A stretch of 64,000 nt of DNA from Escherichia phage vB_EcoM-G3F7, in sequence record MZ234035.1; one strand, written 5' to 3'. The notes under the pieces are model-generated. The model was given only the letters and a program-made list of their open reading frames with translations, was not told the origin of the DNA and did no database searches. The position numbers and the translations under genes are program-made. Position 1 is the stretch's first letter. The number at the start of each line of letters is the position of its first letter. Positions 60,150-64,000 of the stretch are shown here, in pieces.

Positions 60150-60600
60150 GTTAGAGATTAGAAGCAATTTTAGGTGGCCATCATGTGCATTAAGTAATTT
60201 CGCCCATTGGCCTTTCGTTATGGATGGCATTCAATTTGGAGGTCTTGAAGGATTCCTCCAAGGATGCAAAGTGAAAAATGTTGAACAACAACGTCGTATA
60301 TTTGGGTTATCCGGGCTTGCCGCCCAACAAGCTGGAAGGTCTTATGCAAGAGCTCAGGACCGTGGGACCCTCTTCTGGCTTGGAGTTCCATTTTCAAGAT
60401 ACTCCCCGGCGTGGAAAGAATTATACACAAATGCATATTTTGAAGCAGCGATCCAAAACAAGGGCTTCCGTGATGCATTACAAGCCTCGAAAGGAAAAGT
60501 TTTGAAGCACAGCATGGCTAGTGGTCTAACAAAAGATGATACAATACTAACCGAAGCTGAATTTATTGATGTGTTAAACCTATTAAGAGACTCTCTATGA
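60142..60600 (+). CDS. NADAR/YbiA-like domain protein (candidate ADP-ribosyl hydrolase)
   Basis: Track ORF 60136..60600 starts TTG; ATG 60142; motif LSNFAHWPFVMDGIQFGGLEGFLQGCK resembles the YbiA/NADAR signature and C-terminal FIDVLNLLRDSL resembles the YbiA C-terminus as I recall them. Confidence 0.55.
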   Translation: MSELEIRSNFRWPSCALSNFAHWPFVMDGIQFGGLEGFLQGCKVKNVEQQRRIFGLSGLAAQQAGRSYARAQDRGTLFWLGVPFSRYSPAWKELYTNAYFEAAIQNKGFRDALQASKGKVLKHSMASGLTKDDTILTEAEFIDVLNLLRDSL

Positions 60601-61436
60601 AGCCTACTATTTTAACTGATATTGATGGAGTGTGTTTAAGCTGGCAATCAGGCCTTCCTTATTTTGCTCAGAAATATAATCTTCCGTTGGAACATATTTT
60701 AAAAATGATCCAAGATGAAAAATTTATTTCTCCTGGTAAACTTTTTAATTGTGATGAAGAACTTGGTGTCAAGTTAATTGAAAAATACAATCGTTCAGAT
60801 TTTATTCGTTACTTGTCTCCATATAAAGATGCTCTGTGTGTAATTAACAAATTAAAAGAAGATTATAATTTTGTAGCTGTTACAGCGCTGGGTGATTCTA
60901 TTGACGCTCTGCTGAATCGTCAATTTAATTTGAATGCTCTTTTTCCTGGTGCCTTCTCAGAAGTACTGATGTGTGGTCATGATTCTTCAAAAGAAGAGTT
61001 GTTCAAAAAGGCAAAAGAGAAATATAACGTAATTTGTTATATTGACGATCTCGCTCACCACTGCGATCACGCGAGTGAAATATTAAGTGTTCCTGTTTAT
61101 TGGATGGCTCGAGGGGAACGTGACAGTATTCCAAAAACTGCTCAGCGAGTTTATACATGGAACGATGTAGAGAATAAGCTTTTTTCACCAAAGGAAAATA
61201 AAGAAAGTTTTGATAGTGAAAAAACTATAAAAGATGTAATTGAAAAGATGATTAAAAACGATTCTTTTCGTTGGAACACTACCTGGAGAACTCCTGGATT
61301 TAATCCTTATAATCATCTATATCATCCATATCAGACACATCCGTTTCAGACATGGAACTATATTAAACCCGGCGGTATAGAGTATTTGTATAATAGACCT
61401 ACTTGTGGTGATAATATTTTCCAAGGAGCATTCTAA
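60597..61436 (+). CDS. HAD-superfamily hydrolase-like protein
   Basis: 279 aa; N-terminal motif I ILTDIDGV typical of HAD phosphatases/nucleotidases. Confidence 0.5.
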   Translation: MKPTILTDIDGVCLSWQSGLPYFAQKYNLPLEHILKMIQDEKFISPGKLFNCDEELGVKLIEKYNRSDFIRYLSPYKDALCVINKLKEDYNFVAVTALGDSIDALLNRQFNLNALFPGAFSEVLMCGHDSSKEELFKKAKEKYNVICYIDDLAHHCDHASEILSVPVYWMARGERDSIPKTAQRVYTWNDVENKLFSPKENKESFDSEKTIKDVIEKMIKNDSFRWNTTWRTPGFNPYNHLYHPYQTHPFQTWNYIKPGGIEYLYNRPTCGDNIFQGAF

Positions 61437-61705
61437 TGTTTGTTGTTCACACTATTTATGAAAATGAAGGTAATACTACACGTGATTACGGTCACGTAAA
61501 TCAATTTTTTAGATGCAATCCAGAATTCCGAGCTCAAAAAGACGAACGAATTTTTAAAAAATGCGTAGAGCAAGGTTTCATTTATATCAAGCACTGGATG
61601 CAAGGAAATAAAGTTAGAACCACATATCATAAGTCTTTGACTGAGCTTAATGATGAATTGATTTATAATAGAGCTGTAAACCAAACTCTGAAGGATGAAC
61701 AATGA
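61436..61705 (+). CDS. Hypothetical protein (89 aa)
   Basis: Track ORF, TAATG overlap; immediately upstream of ligase. Confidence 0.5.
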   Translation: MFVVHTIYENEGNTTRDYGHVNQFFRCNPEFRAQKDERIFKKCVEQGFIYIKHWMQGNKVRTTYHKSLTELNDELIYNRAVNQTLKDEQ

Positions 61706-63165
61706 TTCTTAAAATTCTGAACGAAATAGCATCTATTGGTTCAACTAAGCAGAAGCAAGCAATTCTTGAAAAGAATAAAGATAATGAATTGCTTAAACGA
61801 GTATATCGTCTGACTTATTCTCGTGGGTTACAGTATTATATCAAGAAATGGCCTAAACCTGGTATTGCTACCCAGAGTTTTGGAATGTTGACTCTTACCG
61901 ATATGCTTGACTTCATTGAATTCACGTTAGCTACTCGGAAATTGACTGGAAATGCGGCAATTGAGGAATTAACTGGATATATCACCGATGGTAAAAAAGA
62001 TGATGTTGAAGTTTTGCGTCGAGTGATGATGCGAGACCTTGAATGTGGTGCTTCAGTATCTATTGCAAACAAAGTTTGGCCAGGTTTAATTCCTGAACAA
62101 CCTCAAATGCTTGCAAGTTCTTATGATGAAAAAGGCATTAATAAGAATATCAAGTTTCCAGCCTTTGCGCAGTTAAAAGCAGATGGAGCTCGGTGTTTTG
62201 CTGAAGTCCGAGGCGATGAATTAGATGATGTTCGTCTTTTATCACGAGCTGGTAATGAATATCTAGGATTAGATCTTCTTAAGGAAGAGTTAATCAAAAT
62301 GACTGCAGAAGCTCGCCAGATTCATCCAGAAGGTGTGTTAATTGATGGCGAATTGGTATACCATGAGCAAGTTGAAAAGGAGCCAGAAGGCCTAGATTTT
62401 CTTTTTGATGCTTATCCTGAAATTAGTAAAGCTAAAGAATTCGCCGAAGTAGCTGAATCACGTACTGCATCTAATGGCATCGCCAATAAATCTTTAAAGG
62501 GAACCATTTCTGAAAAAGAAGCTCAATGCATGAAGTTTCAGGTCTGGGATTATGTCCCGTTGGTAGAAATATACGGTCTTCCTGCATTTCGTTTGAAATA
62601 TGATGTACGTTTTTCTAAACTAGAACAAATGACATCAGGTTATGATAAAGTAATTTTAATTGAAAACCAGGTAGTAAATAACCTAGATGAAGCTAAGGTA
62701 ATTTATAAAAAGTATATTGACCAAGGTCTTGAAGGTATTATTCTCAAAAATACCGATGGATTGTGGGAAAATGCTCGTTCAAAAAATCTCTATAAATTTA
62801 AAGAAGTAATTGATGTTGATTTAAAAATTGTAGGAATTTATCCTCACCGTAAAGACCCTACTAAAGCGGGTGGATTTATTCTTGAATCAGAGTGTGGAAA
62901 AATTAAGGTAAATGCTGGTTCAGGCTTAAAAGATAAAGCCGGTGTAAAATCGCATGAACTTGACCGTACTCGCATTATGGAAAACCAAAATTATTATATT
63001 GGAAAAATTCTAGAGTGCGAATGCAACGGTTGGTTAAAATCTGATGGCCGCACTGATTACGTTAAATTATTTCTTCCGATTGCGATTCGTTTACGTGAAG
63101 ATAAAACTAAAGCTAATACATTCGAGGATGTATTTGGTGATTTTCATGAGGTAACTGGTTTATGA
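61702..63165 (+). CDS. 30: ATP-dependent DNA ligase gp30
   Basis: 487 aa; adenylation motif region KADGAR; matches T4 ligase as recalled. Confidence 0.93.
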   Translation: MILKILNEIASIGSTKQKQAILEKNKDNELLKRVYRLTYSRGLQYYIKKWPKPGIATQSFGMLTLTDMLDFIEFTLATRKLTGNAAIEELTGYITDGKKDDVEVLRRVMMRDLECGASVSIANKVWPGLIPEQPQMLASSYDEKGINKNIKFPAFAQLKADGARCFAEVRGDELDDVRLLSRAGNEYLGLDLLKEELIKMTAEARQIHPEGVLIDGELVYHEQVEKEPEGLDFLFDAYPEISKAKEFAEVAESRTASNGIANKSLKGTISEKEAQCMKFQVWDYVPLVEIYGLPAFRLKYDVRFSKLEQMTSGYDKVILIENQVVNNLDEAKVIYKKYIDQGLEGIILKNTDGLWENARSKNLYKFKEVIDVDLKIVGIYPHRKDPTKAGGFILESECGKIKVNAGSGLKDKAGVKSHELDRTRIMENQNYYIGKILECECNGWLKSDGRTDYVKLFLPIAIRLREDKTKANTFEDVFGDFHEVTGL

Positions 63166-63350
63166 AAGCTTACTTAGAAACAATTGTCATTGCTCAAAAA
63201 GAAGGTGGAGATGTTTCTACTTCTGTATCACAAGTCATTCTCGAATTTGTAGATGCATACGCTTATAATAAATTTACAGAAACATTTGATGCCTATGAAA
63301 AAGGACCAAAGTTTGAAATATATCGTACTCTCTTACCACTAGATTACTAA
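63162..63350 (+). CDS. Hypothetical protein (62 aa)
   Basis: Track ORF, ATGA overlap with ligase stop. Confidence 0.45.
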   Translation: MKAYLETIVIAQKEGGDVSTSVSQVILEFVDAYAYNKFTETFDAYEKGPKFEIYRTLLPLDY

Positions 63351-63366
63351 AGGCCTTCGGGCCTTT
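63349..63366 (+). terminator. Stem-loop terminator (second copy of AAAGGCC-TTCG-GGCCTTT)
   Basis: Same hairpin as at 15577-15594. Confidence 0.5.
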
Positions 63367-63371
63367 AATTT

Positions 63372-63379
63372 TATAAATA
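63372..63379 (+). promoter_or_regulatory. T4 late promoter TATAAATA upstream of alt
   Basis: Exact TATAAATA ~25 nt before the alt ATG. Confidence 0.5.
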
Positions 63380-63402
63380 GAATAAACACTAGAGAGGCTA
63401 TG

Positions 63403-64000
63403 ATGGAACTTATTACAGAATTATTTGACGAAGATACTACTCTTCCGATTACAAACTTAAATCCAAAGAAGAAAATACCGCAAATTTTTTCAGTTCATGT
63501 TGATGATGCAATTGAACAACCAGGCTTTCGTTTATGTACCTATACATCTGGAGGTGATACTAATCGCGATTTAAAAATGGGCGATAAAATGATGCATATT
63601 GTTCCTTTTACATTAACCGCTAAAGGTTCAATTGCTAAATTAAAAGGTCTTGGTCCAAGCCCAATTAATTATATCAATTCAGTTTTTACTGTTGCAATGC
63701 AAACAATGCGTCAGTATAAAATTGATGCTTGTATGCTTCGTATTCTTAAGTCTAAAACCGCTGGTCAAGCTCGACAAATTCAAGTTATTGCTGATAGACT
63801 TATCCGTAGTCGTTCAGGTGGCAGATACGTCCTTCTTAAGGAACTCTGGGATTATGATAAAAAGTATGCATATATTCTTATACATCGCAAAAATGTATCA
63901 CTAGAAGACATTCCAGGAGTTCCGGAAATTAGTACCGAGCTCTTTACTAAAGTTGAATCGAAGGTCGGTGATGTTTATATCAATAAAGATACCGGAGCTC
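63403..64000 (+). CDS. alt: Alt ADP-ribosyltransferase (head-packaged), 3'-truncated by window edge
   Basis: Open frame from ATG 63403 to window end; MELITELFDEDTTLPITNLNPKKKIPQIFSVHVDD... matches T4 Alt N-terminus as I recall it; position after ligase. Confidence 0.7.
   Translation, partial: MELITELFDEDTTLPITNLNPKKKIPQIFSVHVDDAIEQPGFRLCTYTSGGDTNRDLKMGDKMMHIVPFTLTAKGSIAKLKGLGPSPINYINSVFTVAMQTMRQYKIDACMLRILKSKTAGQARQIQVIADRLIRSRSGGRYVLLKELWDYDKKYAYILIHRKNVSLEDIPGVPEISTELFTKVESKVGDVYINKDTGA

Overview
The window is a gene-dense, AT-rich segment of a T4-like (T-even) myophage genome, read in the direction of early transcription. Genes follow the T4 order from helicase 41 (5'-truncated at nt 1) through primase 61, dCTPase 56, soc, modB/modA, dda, dexA, topoisomerase 39, rIIA/rIIB, denB, ndd, stp, topoisomerase 52, motA and asiA. 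A convergent late block on the minus strand carries holin t and tail-fibre genes 38, 37, 36, 35, 34. The plus strand then resumes with rnh, dsbA, 33, 59, 32, frd, td, nrdA, nrdB, denA, rnlA, alc, spanins, pseT, cd, 31, rIII, a run of small ORFs, DNA ligase 30 and the start of alt. Protein identifications rest on my recollection of T4 sequences plus synteny and size; no database search was run. The phage is not T4 itself: td and nrdB are uninterrupted, gene 39 is one fused ORF, the 61-56 interval holds only a small antisense ORF where I recall T4 carrying dam, and the distal tail-fibre genes 36/37/38 are T2-type. The most notable anomalies are an apparent frameshift splitting the gp38 adhesin gene, a ~400 bp ORF-free, G+C-enriched island after rIII, an extra ORF between frd and td, and a NADAR/YbiA-like protein upstream of ligase. 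No rRNA, tRNA or CRISPR array was found. Coordinates of promoters, terminators and repeats were counted by hand and may be off by a base or two.
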